From assembly GCA_965205215.1 (NCBI GenBank), contig OZ242041.1:1504001-1568000 (forward strand): DNA of 64,000 nt, written 5' to 3'. Origin of the DNA: Nitrosopumilus sp. (GTDB lineage Archaea > Thermoproteota > Nitrososphaeria > Nitrososphaerales > Nitrosopumilaceae). The translations under genes and the position numbers were made by a program. Under the pieces are notes generated by a model that was not told the origin of the DNA, ran no database searches, and was given only the letters and a program-made list of their open reading frames with translations. Every line of letters begins with the position of its first letter. The stretch's first letter is position 1. Below are positions 28,295 through 37,628 of this stretch, piece by piece.

Positions 28295-29431
28295 CTAGTC
28301 TTGCTCTTCGCCAAGGACCTCGCGCGTGATCAGCAGCAGCTGCGCGTCGGTAATCCTCTCTCCCCGGTCGGCCGATGCCTTGACCCGGTCTAGGATCCGC
28401 CTCGACTGCCCCTCTGTCGGTCTGATGCCATAGTTTCCCAGGGCGGCGTTCAGTCCCAGGACTCCGGTGTGTTTCCCCACGTAGATCTGGTGCTTTCGCC
28501 CCACTAGTTCGGGACTGAACGGCTCGTATGTCATCTGATTGTCCAGCATGGCATCGGTGTGAATCTCATCCTCGTGGCTAAACGCATTGTCGCCTACGAC
28601 CGCCTTGTTCGGCTGCACCTGTATTCCCATAACTTTTGATATGAACCTTGACGTGTCATAGATCAGCTCGGACTTTATCCCCGTCTCGTACTTTTGATCA
28701 TACCGGAGGCACTTTAGCGCCATTGCAAGCTCCTCTAGCGACGCGTTCCCGGCCCTCTCCCCGATCCCGTTGATCGTCACCTGCGCGCAAAAGGCCCCGG
28801 CCCTGATTCCAGACAGCGTGTTTGCCACCGCCAGCCCAAAGTCGTTGTGACAGTGGACACTTACCGGGGTGCCGGCCGCGGCAGATACGGCGTCGCGCGT
28901 GAGTTCGGCCATGTACTCCGGGGTGGCGCATCCGGTAGTATCCGGAATGGTAACTGTATAGGCCCCTGCCTTTGCAACCTCGCCAAGTATGTCCCTCAAG
29001 AACCCCCTCTCGGTCCTTGTCGCGTCCACCGCCCCGAACTCCACCTTCAGCCCCCTGGACTTTGCATACTCGACTGCCTCGATTGCCTGTTCAATCGCAT
29101 GGGCCTTGGTCATTTCGCGGTTGTGTCTTAGGTGAATGTCCGAGGTCGCAACAAAGGTGTTGATGTAACTCAGCCCCGTGTCGGCGGCAACGTCGATGTC
29201 CCTTTTGTTGGCCCTTGTCATTCCGCAGATTTCAGACGACAGTCCTTCGCCGGTTATCATCCTTGCCGCCTGCCGCTCGCCCTCCGAGGTCGTCGGAAAG
29301 CCGGCCTCGATTACGTCCACACCCAGGGCGTCAAGTCTTTTTGCGATTTCGAGTTTTTGATCAGGGGTCAGTGATATCCCGACTGTCTGCTCCCCGTCTC
29401 GCAGCGTGGTGTCAAAGATTCGGATCCTCAT
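28295..29431 (-). CDS. Isopropylmalate/citramalate synthase family paralogue (DRE-TIM), lacking the regulatory domain
   Basis: [44 protein letters not shown]; 378 aa. Confidence 0.88.
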   Translation of the reverse strand: MRIRIFDTTLRDGEQTVGISLTPDQKLEIAKRLDALGVDVIEAGFPTTSEGERQAARMITGEGLSSEICGMTRANKRDIDVAADTGLSYINTFVATSDIHLRHNREMTKAHAIEQAIEAVEYAKSRGLKVEFGAVDATRTERGFLRDILGEVAKAGAYTVTIPDTTGCATPEYMAELTRDAVSAAAGTPVSVHCHNDFGLAVANTLSGIRAGAFCAQVTINGIGERAGNASLEELAMALKCLRYDQKYETGIKSELIYDTSRFISKVMGIQVQPNKAVVGDNAFSHEDEIHTDAMLDNQMTYEPFSPELVGRKHQIYVGKHTGVLGLNAALGNYGIRPTEGQSRRILDRVKASADRGERITDAQLLLITREVLGEEQD

Positions 29432-29969
29432 GCCCTCACCATATCAAACTTGACCCGCTTAGTTTGCCGACAGATGCCGGACGGTTGGCCCGGGAGCTGC
29501 CCAAACCATGCGCCGCAAAAACAACGGCGTCGCGCCCTGTTCTGTCTACCGGCCAGCTCCAAGACCGACTTGTCATGTATGGTGCAACGGCGCTCCGCCG
29601 TGACATCCAAAAAGCCGTTCCCCCCACGCGGCCGTGGTTTGCGAACATCCCATACACCAGTGACAGCATCGCGTGGCACAAATTTAACTATAGCTGTGCA
29701 TTGAGGCTGGAAACTCTTGGCGACCCGCCCAGTGTTACTTTCGTCCTTGTGCTTTTTGCGAATAATCCCCTCTGTCTTTGGCGGGCCTAGCTTTCCCACT
29801 GCCCGGAATCTCGGATTTTTGACGTGACGTCACTTGGATAAACTCTGTTTTCTAATTTTTTCCTCTACCTCCACCCCCCCCCCCTCTCCCCCCCTCCCTC
29901 CCTCCCTCACCCACGCACGCACGCTCCCCGTACAGTGCGTTTATCAGCGCCTTTCCCTACGCATCTGCA

Positions 29970-30860
29970 GTGTACAGCGCAATCGCAGACGGCATTACGT
30001 CCGTAAAGAGGGAGATGTCCAAGAGTTACTCCGGAAGAGCTCACATACAGGAGGCGCTTCCCGTAAGACCGTCAAATGAGGCATTCCCAATCGAAGAGTC
30101 TCACCTGAGGGCCCTCCACGGGTTTGCCGCGTCCAACCCGATATACCACGGCTCGTTCCGGCAGGATCTGGCGGGCACGGAGTGCACCATATACGAGGGG
30201 GACATAAACGAGTACTGGCTTGGCAGCATAAAGCACGGGACAAGCTGCCAGCCGTTCTATCCCACGTGGCTGGCTTCTGCGTACGTCCTGGCCGCGGCCG
30301 CCAAGGGGTTTGGATGCACCGAACTTGTCGACATCGGGTCAGGCGACGGACGCATCGCGTTTTGCGCCGCCCTGCTTGGAATGAAGGCGTACAGCATAGA
30401 GATAGACGACTCGCTTGTCAAACTTCAAGAGGAGGTGGCGGCCTCGACGGGGACGGACTTCGGCCCCGTATGCATGGACGCGCTTGCGGCGGACTACGGC
30501 GGCATGGATATCTCGAGGCCCGCGTTTGCCGTGGGAGGACTGCCGCAGATGGGCGGGGAGATGCTGGTAGAGGGACTGCTTGAAAAGATCGAAGACTGTG
30601 GCGACTCCGTCATGTCGGAGGCCGTCGTGATACTTGCAGGCGAGGGGGACAGCAGCGGCCCCGCAGCAAGGAGGAGAAGAGAGGGAACGGGCGGCCTGGG
30701 AGGATGGGAGTCCACAATAGCAAAGTACGGACTGTCGGCAAGGCGCGTGATAAACCTTCCGACTGTCTGGACGTTTGATCAGGATAAAGAGACGCCCTAC
30801 ATATTCGCCGGGCTTGCGGGGTCCTCGGAGACACCTGGCGTGGAGACCTCGAATACGTAG
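29970..30860 (+). CDS. SAM-dependent methyltransferase-like protein
   Basis: LVDIGSGDGRIA motif, SIEID; QPFYPTW. Confidence 0.7.
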   Translation: MYSAIADGITSVKREMSKSYSGRAHIQEALPVRPSNEAFPIEESHLRALHGFAASNPIYHGSFRQDLAGTECTIYEGDINEYWLGSIKHGTSCQPFYPTWLASAYVLAAAAKGFGCTELVDIGSGDGRIAFCAALLGMKAYSIEIDDSLVKLQEEVAASTGTDFGPVCMDALAADYGGMDISRPAFAVGGLPQMGGEMLVEGLLEKIEDCGDSVMSEAVVILAGEGDSSGPAARRRREGTGGLGGWESTIAKYGLSARRVINLPTVWTFDQDKETPYIFAGLAGSSETPGVETSNT

Positions 30861-31240
30861 CCCGATCCGTTTGGGCCCATGCCACAGGAGCTCAGCACCA
30901 CCAAGTCGCCAGGCGCCGGCGGCGTGGGCGCCACAAGCCGTGCAATCAGCCGTATGCCGCACTCGAATGCAACCAGACAGAAGAACGAGCGCCTAACGCT
31001 GCTGTTGCCGGGGAGCCGCCCGACAGGCATTTCCATGCTGCACTCTACTATGCGGCCCCGCAGCCTCTTGCCGCCGTCGCCGTCGCCATCGCCGTATCCG
31101 GACCCAAGCCGGACCCCGCCAAGGCAGACACTGCAGAACTCTGACGGGGGCCATACGGCCGCGCCGCATTCTGTGCATTCGGGCACCCTGAACAGCCCGC
31201 GCCCAATGGCTTGCTCAAACTCAGAGAGTACCGCGCTCAT
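30797..31240 (-). CDS. DUF35/ChsH2-like Zn-ribbon OB-fold protein
   Basis: CTECGAAVWPPSEFCSVC, GIRLIAR; start overlaps the thiolase stop. Confidence 0.8.
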   Translation of the reverse strand: MSAVLSEFEQAIGRGLFRVPECTECGAAVWPPSEFCSVCLGGVRLGSGYGDGDGDGGKRLRGRIVECSMEMPVGRLPGNSSVRRSFFCLVAFECGIRLIARLVAPTPPAPGDLVVLSSCGMGPNGSGYVFEVSTPGVSEDPASPANM

Positions 31241-32559
31241 CGTACCATCACCAGTGCGGTAGACGAGGTGCCGGCGGCCGCCATGTTGTGGACCAGTCCG
31301 ACCTCGGGGTCGTCCGCCTGCCTGCCGCGGGCCTGGCGCCACAGCTGCCGTGCAACCTCGGCTGCCTGCGCAAGCCCAGTCGCCCCCAGCGGATGTCCCG
31401 AGCCGATCAGTCCCCCGCGAGGGTTTACCCGGCGGCTTGCAGTCTCGTACAGCTCCCGGCTGGCCGCGGCGCCCCTGCCAGGCTCCGCCATGCCGAGCGC
31501 CTCGAGTATCATCGGCTCGCACACCGAGAACGCATCGTGTATCTCCGCAACGTCCACATCTGATATCGACAGGGCCGCGCCGCCCCCGCGCGCCACGCCA
31601 CCGTTCCTGCTTCCGGCCATCCGCAGGGCGTCGCGGCACGCCATCCTGGCAGACTCGATGCGCGAAAGCTCAGGGTGCTTGGCAAACCCGGCCGACGTGA
31701 CGCTCTGTCCTACACCCGCTATCAACACGGGGTCGTCCGTGTATCTGCCGGCGGCGTCTTCGGATGCAATCAGTATCGACGCCCCTCCCGTGCAGGGCCG
31801 GGAGCAGTCAAGCAGCCTGAGGTCCCCGGTCAGGCGCCTTGAGCCGGCCACGTCCTTTGCCGTCGGAGTTGCTTCCGGCCGCAGCGCGTCCGGGTTTGAA
31901 CTCGCATTCGCGTATGCGCGCGCCGGCACTACGGCCAGATCGTCATCGGAGACTCCAAACGCCCTCTTGTAGCCGCTCGTGAGCAGGGACGCCCAGTATA
32001 CGGGGTGCTTGAACTGCCCCCTCGAGTCGTCCCACCACAGTATACGCCCCGGCGTGTCACGTATCTCGGCCCCGCTTACCAGCACCACGTCGGCAAGCCC
32101 GGACGCGACGTGCGCGTATCCGGACACGATAGCGTTCGTCCCCGAACTACACAGGCTCTCCACCGTATGGGCCGCGCGGGGGTGCATACCTGCCAGTTCC
32201 GCAAGTATGGGTGCCATGTATCCGGATCCCATCCTGGGCGCATGGCGGTCGCTGGCAGGCGGGCTTCCGGCGCTACCAGGACGGCCGCCGCCGCGGCTGT
32301 CACTACCGCCATCTCTGCCCTCTCCATCATCATCACCACCACTATTGCCACCACCATAACTGTCATGGCCTGCGGATCCGGCTCCCGTATATCCGCCCGA
32401 CGCGTTTGAGACGATTACAGCCTCCACGTCGCGCCTGTCGCACTCGGGAGTCGAGTCGAACAAATTTTTTACAGAGCGCAGCAGCACAGCCTCCAGGGCC
32501 TCGGAGGTGTCGCTTGTGAACCTTGTCGTGCCGCAGCCCACTATGTATGCACGCCTCAT
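31237..32559 (-). CDS. Thiolase (acetyl-CoA acetyltransferase, SCP-x-like)
   Basis: VESLCSSG, NPDA, LRLLDCS, AEIHDAF, VNPRGGLIGSGHPLGATG. Confidence 0.92.
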   Translation of the reverse strand: MRRAYIVGCGTTRFTSDTSEALEAVLLRSVKNLFDSTPECDRRDVEAVIVSNASGGYTGAGSAGHDSYGGGNSGGDDDGEGRDGGSDSRGGGRPGSAGSPPASDRHAPRMGSGYMAPILAELAGMHPRAAHTVESLCSSGTNAIVSGYAHVASGLADVVLVSGAEIRDTPGRILWWDDSRGQFKHPVYWASLLTSGYKRAFGVSDDDLAVVPARAYANASSNPDALRPEATPTAKDVAGSRRLTGDLRLLDCSRPCTGGASILIASEDAAGRYTDDPVLIAGVGQSVTSAGFAKHPELSRIESARMACRDALRMAGSRNGGVARGGGAALSISDVDVAEIHDAFSVCEPMILEALGMAEPGRGAAASRELYETASRRVNPRGGLIGSGHPLGATGLAQAAEVARQLWRQARGRQADDPEVGLVHNMAAAGTSSTALVMVR

Positions 32560-33578
32560 GGCATCCCACCATTATCATCATACTTTGTCGAGCCGGCGCC
32601 GCCATAACCAAAGAACGTCTCTGCAAACAGGGCAAACGACCCCGCCACGTCCCCGACCGGGTTAAACTGCAGTATGGGCAGGTCCAACCCCGCGTCCCGG
32701 AACGCGCCAAGCCGATTTTTGCAGGACTTGGGGGTGCCGCATACGGCAAGCGCGTCAAGCATCTCGTCGGAAACGTACCGGTGCACGCCTGCAAGTCCGC
32801 TGCTGCGGTACTCGCCATATATCGACGCGGTCTCGTCTGCAAACCCGTTGGCCGACAGAAAGTTTCTGTAAACGTCGCCGACTGCCACATAGAACGCGAT
32901 CGTACGCCTTGCCCTCTCCACCGCGGCCTCCCCGCCGTCGTCGTCCGATACGCAGGTTATCAGCTGGCATGCAACGTCGATGCGCCTGCCCGACTCTTTG
33001 TGCATTGCGCGTATAGTGCGCCTCATCTCGTCGACGGGCCTCAGGTAGAAGATTACGCCGTCCCCCACATCCCACGCAAGGCGGACCATTCCCCTGTTGA
33101 CGGCGGCCAGGTATACCGGAATGCTGTCCTGTACGGGCCTCACGAGAAGCCTGAACCCGTTCAGCGAGAACAGCTCGCCCTCGTAGTCGACTCGCCTGCC
33201 GGATGTGGCCAGCCGCACTACTTCTACAGTCTCGCGCACGCGTTTGAGCGGGTTCTCGTACCGCACGCCGTGCAGTCCCTCCACGATGGCGGGGCTGCTT
33301 GCGCCGATTCCAAGCAGAAGCCTGCCGCCGGAGAGGGTGTCGACGGTAGCGGCCCCCATTGCGATTGCGGCAGGGCTGCGCGAATACACGTTGACAATGG
33401 ACGAGCCTATGCGCGGCGACGGCGCGGCGGCGGACACCGCGCCCAGCATCGCAAAGGACTCCATGCCCCACGTCTCCGGCACCCAGATTGCGCCAACGTC
33501 GGTTTTCGACAGCGTCTTGGCGCACGACAGGATCTCGTTTATGGACAGCAGCGAGCCGAGGCTGCATGACAGTCTCAT
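32556..33578 (-). CDS. LLM-class (luciferase-like, probably F420-dependent) oxidoreductase
   Basis: IWVPETWG, IVNVYSRSPA, LSGGRLLLGIG, IPVYLAA. Confidence 0.88.
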   Translation of the reverse strand: MRLSCSLGSLLSINEILSCAKTLSKTDVGAIWVPETWGMESFAMLGAVSAAAPSPRIGSSIVNVYSRSPAAIAMGAATVDTLSGGRLLLGIGASSPAIVEGLHGVRYENPLKRVRETVEVVRLATSGRRVDYEGELFSLNGFRLLVRPVQDSIPVYLAAVNRGMVRLAWDVGDGVIFYLRPVDEMRRTIRAMHKESGRRIDVACQLITCVSDDDGGEAAVERARRTIAFYVAVGDVYRNFLSANGFADETASIYGEYRSSGLAGVHRYVSDEMLDALAVCGTPKSCKNRLGAFRDAGLDLPILQFNPVGDVAGSFALFAETFFGYGGAGSTKYDDNGGMP

Positions 33579-33799
33579 GCCGTGACATCCCCCCATCTTG
33601 TAATATTTAGCATGTGATGCGACGGCCATGCTGCAGGCAGACGCCTTCGCGTACGGGGGCTTCGGCCGTCCCGTGCGCCGCGGCATGCGCCCCCGATGCA
33701 GCTGCCGGAGTGCCGGGGAGTTTAGCGTTCAAAAATTTGAGCAATAGGTTTGATATGGTTGAGGTGGCATGTTATCAATCCGCTCGGCCAGTCCGCACT

Positions 33800-33943
33800 A
33801 TGAGCAGTCAACTCATGGAGGATCCCAAGAGGGGGAGCGGTTTTTGGGACGACGCCACAAGGTATGCGGCGGCCAGCAACGACGAGTCCTTCGTCGACGA
33901 GGTGGCATATATGATGGTCACGCTGCACAGGACGGGCAACTGA
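33800..33943 (+). CDS. Small hypothetical protein (47 aa)
   Basis: MSSQLMEDPKRGSGFW...DESFVDEVAYMM; fills the gap between divergent and convergent neighbours. Confidence 0.55.
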   Translation: MSSQLMEDPKRGSGFWDDATRYAAASNDESFVDEVAYMMVTLHRTGN

Positions 33944-34028
33944 GCCGGCCCTGTCGCGCTAGGTCTGCGGGGAAGCGACGGTGCGTTAGAGACGCAGCCC
34001 AATCAATAGGTCCGGGGCACGGCGCCCG

Positions 34029-34796
34029 TCATCCGGCCCTACCGGTACCGGAGCCGCGTTCTCGCAGCATGGACTCGCACGCCTCGAGATCCTTGAACGA
34101 GTCCACCGACTGCCACATGGCCGGCGCACTGCCCCCTGTTGCGGGCCCTCCGAACGTGACGGTCCTCAGCCTGCCAGACTCGGCATATTTTGGAAACAGC
34201 GTCTTCTCAATGTCGCCCACCTCTGGAAGATCGGCAAGCACCTCGCGGCCCAGGTGGTACAGGCCGGCGTTCATCCACAGGCCGGGCACGTCGCGCTTCT
34301 CATCAAACTTGGCAATCGTGCGAGGATCATGGCCTGCTCCTGTGCCGCCTTTGCTGGCGGCGCCGTCGTCGTCATCGTCATTTAGTATCATCACACCGTA
34401 GTTTGTGCGCAGCGGTATGGCGGCGACCGAATTTCTGACTTCCATGAGGGCCCCGATGTCGATGTCCGTTATGACGTCCCCGTTCATCACCACAAACGAG
34501 TCGTCGCGCCCTATGTAGCCCGTGGCGCGCCTTATGGCGCCCCCGGTCCCAAGGGGGGTCTCCTCTTCGGATATCTCCACCCTGGCTCCGTAGGATTTTG
34601 CGCTTATCATGTCGCGTATCATGCCGGTCTTGTATCCGGTGCAGACTATAACGTCCCGTATGCCGAACTTTAGGAGGTGCCTTATCTGCCATTCCAGTAT
34701 GGGCACGTTGCAGACCGGCACAAGAGGCTTTGGCACATAGTCCGTAACAGGCCTCATCCTCTTGCCCCTTCCCCCCGCCAGTATGACAGCCTTCAA
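34029..34796 (-). CDS. Sugar-phosphate nucleotidyltransferase (NTP_transferase family)
   Basis: AVILAGGRGKRMRP..PKPL, PLGTGGA, VMNGD, NAGLY. Confidence 0.92.
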   Translation of the reverse strand: MKAVILAGGRGKRMRPVTDYVPKPLVPVCNVPILEWQIRHLLKFGIRDVIVCTGYKTGMIRDMISAKSYGARVEISEEETPLGTGGAIRRATGYIGRDDSFVVMNGDVITDIDIGALMEVRNSVAAIPLRTNYGVMILNDDDDDGAASKGGTGAGHDPRTIAKFDEKRDVPGLWMNAGLYHLGREVLADLPEVGDIEKTLFPKYAESGRLRTVTFGGPATGGSAPAMWQSVDSFKDLEACESMLRERGSGTGRAG

Positions 34797-34955
34797 CTAC
34801 TTGAGGCTGCACCATGTATAATGTAAATTTAGGGCAGCGGCAGGGTGCGGGCCTGCAGGCGTACGCAAGCAGGCGCGCGCCCGTCGCAGGATTCGCGTAG
34901 CGGCCGGTAGCAAGGCATACTGAATCCGTCCCTGCTGCTGCTGTTGCTGCCAGCA

Positions 34956-35144
34956 TCAGGGCACGTCGTCACTGTCACCGCTCGCCCCCTGCGCATCCTG
35001 TCCCTGCCCGGGTTCGGTAAGATAGTAGTGCAGTTCCGTATAGCACTCCGTGCAGTACTCTGCATAGTCCGTATGGTCGCAGTTGTACGTCTTTTTTGCG
35101 CCGTTGTGGCACTTTGCGCATATGACGGGAAGCGGGGCATCCAA
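34956..35144 (-). CDS. Small Cys-rich zinc-binding protein
   Basis: CAKCH...CDHT..EYCTECYTELHY. Confidence 0.65.
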   Translation of the reverse strand: MDAPLPVICAKCHNGAKKTYNCDHTDYAEYCTECYTELHYYLTEPGQGQDAQGASGDSDDVP

Positions 35145-35153
35145 CTGTCATCA

Positions 35154-35561
35154 TCACTGCCGTCTGCGCGAGCGGTACGCGCCAAAGGCGCCCATTGCGA
35201 TGTGGATGGCGCCCGCCCCAAGCAGCATCGCGCTCTCCACGACCACCGGCCTGCCGGTCTCCTCGGCCTCGGCCATGTCCGCGTTGGCAAGGACGAACCC
35301 GCCTCCGGCCATTATCAGTATGCCGGTTACGACTATCATGGCCCCCAGGACACCGGAGGGGCTCCTCCAGGTCATTCCGAACGCGATAAACGGGAGCACC
35401 AGCGCGGGGGCGCCCAAGGCCATTCCACGCACCTTTGCATCAAACGGCAGGAATCCCTGCTCCGCGTCACCAGATGCCTGGATTGCTGCCACGTCGGCCC
35501 CGTATACCACAAGCAGTACAATCGATATTCCCGTGATGCCGATTGCTATCCCGGTCAGCAT
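35154..35561 (-). CDS. Membrane protein (4 TM)
   Basis: Four hydrophobic segments; YGADV..GFLPFDAKVRG; start uncertain. Confidence 0.7.
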   Translation of the reverse strand: MLTGIAIGITGISIVLLVVYGADVAAIQASGDAEQGFLPFDAKVRGMALGAPALVLPFIAFGMTWRSPSGVLGAMIVVTGILIMAGGGFVLANADMAEAEETGRPVVVESAMLLGAGAIHIAMGAFGAYRSRRRQ

Positions 35562-35632
35562 GAACCAGTTTCGAGGGAACTTCTAATAAACCGTTGCCGA
35601 CGCCGTGCGGTGGGTTCCGGGCCCCGAGGGCA

Positions 35633-35671
35633 GCATATCAGGCAGGCATATCAGGCAGGCATATCAGGCAG
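35633..35671 (+). repeat. Intergenic tandem repeat, 13-bp unit x3
   Basis: gcatatcaggcag repeated three times exactly. Confidence 0.9.
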
Positions 35672-35704
35672 GCAGCCGCCGCGGCCGACCGGGTGTTTGA
35701 TGAT

Positions 35705-36865
35705 CTACTGCGGGTCGCGCGCGGGCAGCGCCACGGCCCCTGCCCTTATCGATTCAAGCCTCTCAAGCACGTGCTCTGCCCCCTGCCCCTCCCTGCCCGT
35801 CAGGTTCAGATGTCCCAGCTTGCGGAGGGGCTTGGAGGTCTTCTTGCCGTACATCTTCAGGAACGTGTGCCCGTCGTCCTGCGGCACCTCGGGGCTGCGG
35901 TAGGGCCCCTCGTATCCATGTATCCCCAGTATGTTATACATGACTGCGCTCGTCCTCAGCGCGGTGCCGCCGAGACTCATGCCGAGGATGGCGCGCAGGT
36001 GCTGCTCAAACTGCGACGTCTCGCTTGACTGCAGCGAGTGGTGTCCGGAATTGTGGACGCGCGGCGCAATCTCGTTTATCATCACGCCGCCGTCGCCGGT
36101 GACAAACATCTCTATCCCAAACACGCCGGCGCCCTTCAGCACCCCCATGGTCTGCTCCGCTATGTGCCTGGCGCGCGCCGCCACGCCGTCGGACACCCTT
36201 GCAGGGGCTATCGTCGTCCGCAGGATGTTCTCCTCGTGCACGTTCTCCACGAGCGGGTACGTCCCGATCTCGCCGCGCGTGCTCCTTGCGGCGATTACGG
36301 ACACCTCCTTGACAAACGGCACAAACCTCTCAAGCATCATGGGCCTTCCCTCGAACCTCCCGTATGCGCCGCGCACCTCGCCGGGGGAGTCTATCTTGCA
36401 GTTCCCTCTGCCGTCGTACGCGTCCCTGCGCGCCTTTAGCAGCGCGGGGTATCCAAACTCCTCCAGCGCCCCCCGGAGGCCGTCCAGCCCGTCTATGGCC
36501 ACAAAGTCCGGTACCGGAATCCCGTTCTCCGCGAGGAACGACTTTTGCGCGTGCTTGTCCTGTATGATCCGGAGCGTCGCAGGCGAAGGCTCTATCCTGG
36601 CGCGGTCGGCAACTGACTCCAGCACGTCGCTGTCGCCGGACTCTATCTCGTACGTTATCACGTCGGCGCGCCTCGACAGCTCCACTATGGCGTCCCTGTC
36701 CTTGAAGTCGGCCACGATCTGCTCGGCCCCGGCCAGGGATGCGGGGCACCCCTCGGTGGGATCAAGCACCACGACCTTTGATATGCGGTCGGGCATCGCC
36801 GAGGCGGCCTCTGTCAGCATCATGCCAAGCTGCCCTCCGCCGATTATTCCCAGTACCTGCGCCAT
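35705..36865 (-). CDS. purK: N5-carboxyaminoimidazole ribonucleotide synthase
   Basis: LGIIGGGQLGMM, ITYEIE, YDGRGN, NEIAPRVHNSGH, SQFEQHLRAI, RKLGH. Confidence 0.95.
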   Translation of the reverse strand: MAQVLGIIGGGQLGMMLTEAASAMPDRISKVVVLDPTEGCPASLAGAEQIVADFKDRDAIVELSRRADVITYEIESGDSDVLESVADRARIEPSPATLRIIQDKHAQKSFLAENGIPVPDFVAIDGLDGLRGALEEFGYPALLKARRDAYDGRGNCKIDSPGEVRGAYGRFEGRPMMLERFVPFVKEVSVIAARSTRGEIGTYPLVENVHEENILRTTIAPARVSDGVAARARHIAEQTMGVLKGAGVFGIEMFVTGDGGVMINEIAPRVHNSGHHSLQSSETSQFEQHLRAILGMSLGGTALRTSAVMYNILGIHGYEGPYRSPEVPQDDGHTFLKMYGKKTSKPLRKLGHLNLTGREGQGAEHVLERLESIRAGAVALPARDPQ

Positions 36866-37056
36866 TGCAGGCACGCTGCACTCCAAATAAAAAAACCAAT
36901 CTAATGCCGGCAAAGCGCCCCTGCGCACGGCCGCGTGGAGGCGGCAACGGCAGCAAAGGCAGAAGCAACAATGGCAGAAGCAGCGGCGCCTCCGCCCATG
37001 GTGGCGTCGCCGTGACGCAACGCTATCGTTAATTACCCTCGCCGCGCACCAACTGC

Positions 37057-37599
37057 ATGACGGACGCGGCGCGGATAGGCATCATAATGGGGTCCAGCTC
37101 GGACGCGGCAGTAATGGCGGACGCGGCCCGCATACTGGACTCACTTGGCATCCCGCACGAGGATCAGATAGTCTCGGCGCACCGCACCCCGGACAGGCTT
37201 GCCACGTACGCCAGGCACGCCGAGTCGTCGGGCTTTGCGGCAATCATAGCCGGCGCCGGCGGGGCCGCCCACCTGCCGGGCATGATCGCGTCCCACACCG
37301 TGATACCGGTCATAGGGGTGCCCATAATGGCGTACAACAACAAGAACCAGACGGGGGACGAGACGCTCCGCCTCTCCGCATTCGGCGGCCTCGACTCCCT
37401 GCTCTCCATAACCGAGATGCCCGCAGGGGCTCCCGTGGTATCAGTGGGCGTCAACAAGGCAAAGAATGCGGGCATGTACGCCGCAATGATTCTTGCGGTT
37501 ACCGACGACTCGGTACGCGGGGCCCTTGCAGACATGAAGCGTTCGCAGCACGACGCCGTCCTCAAAGAGTCCGAGGAGCTGCAGTCAAGGGGGCTCTAG
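37057..37599 (+). CDS. purE: N5-CAIR mutase
   Basis: IIMGSSSD, VSAHRTP, AGAGGAAHLPGM, GLDSLLSI.EMP.G.PV. Confidence 0.96.
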   Translation: MTDAARIGIIMGSSSDAAVMADAARILDSLGIPHEDQIVSAHRTPDRLATYARHAESSGFAAIIAGAGGAAHLPGMIASHTVIPVIGVPIMAYNNKNQTGDETLRLSAFGGLDSLLSITEMPAGAPVVSVGVNKAKNAGMYAAMILAVTDDSVRGALADMKRSQHDAVLKESEELQSRGL

Positions 37600-37628
37600 A
37601 TTCCTCCCGCCAGCGCGTCCTGGCCGCG

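Noticed and set aside
29432-29969. 123-aa ORF and a GTGACGTCAC palindrome upstream of the LeuA paralogue
   Set aside because: The ORF lacks recognisable features, and one 10-bp palindrome is not significant in 64 kb
35633-35671. Possible CRISPR repeat
   Set aside because: 13-bp units are directly adjacent with no spacers; no cas genes
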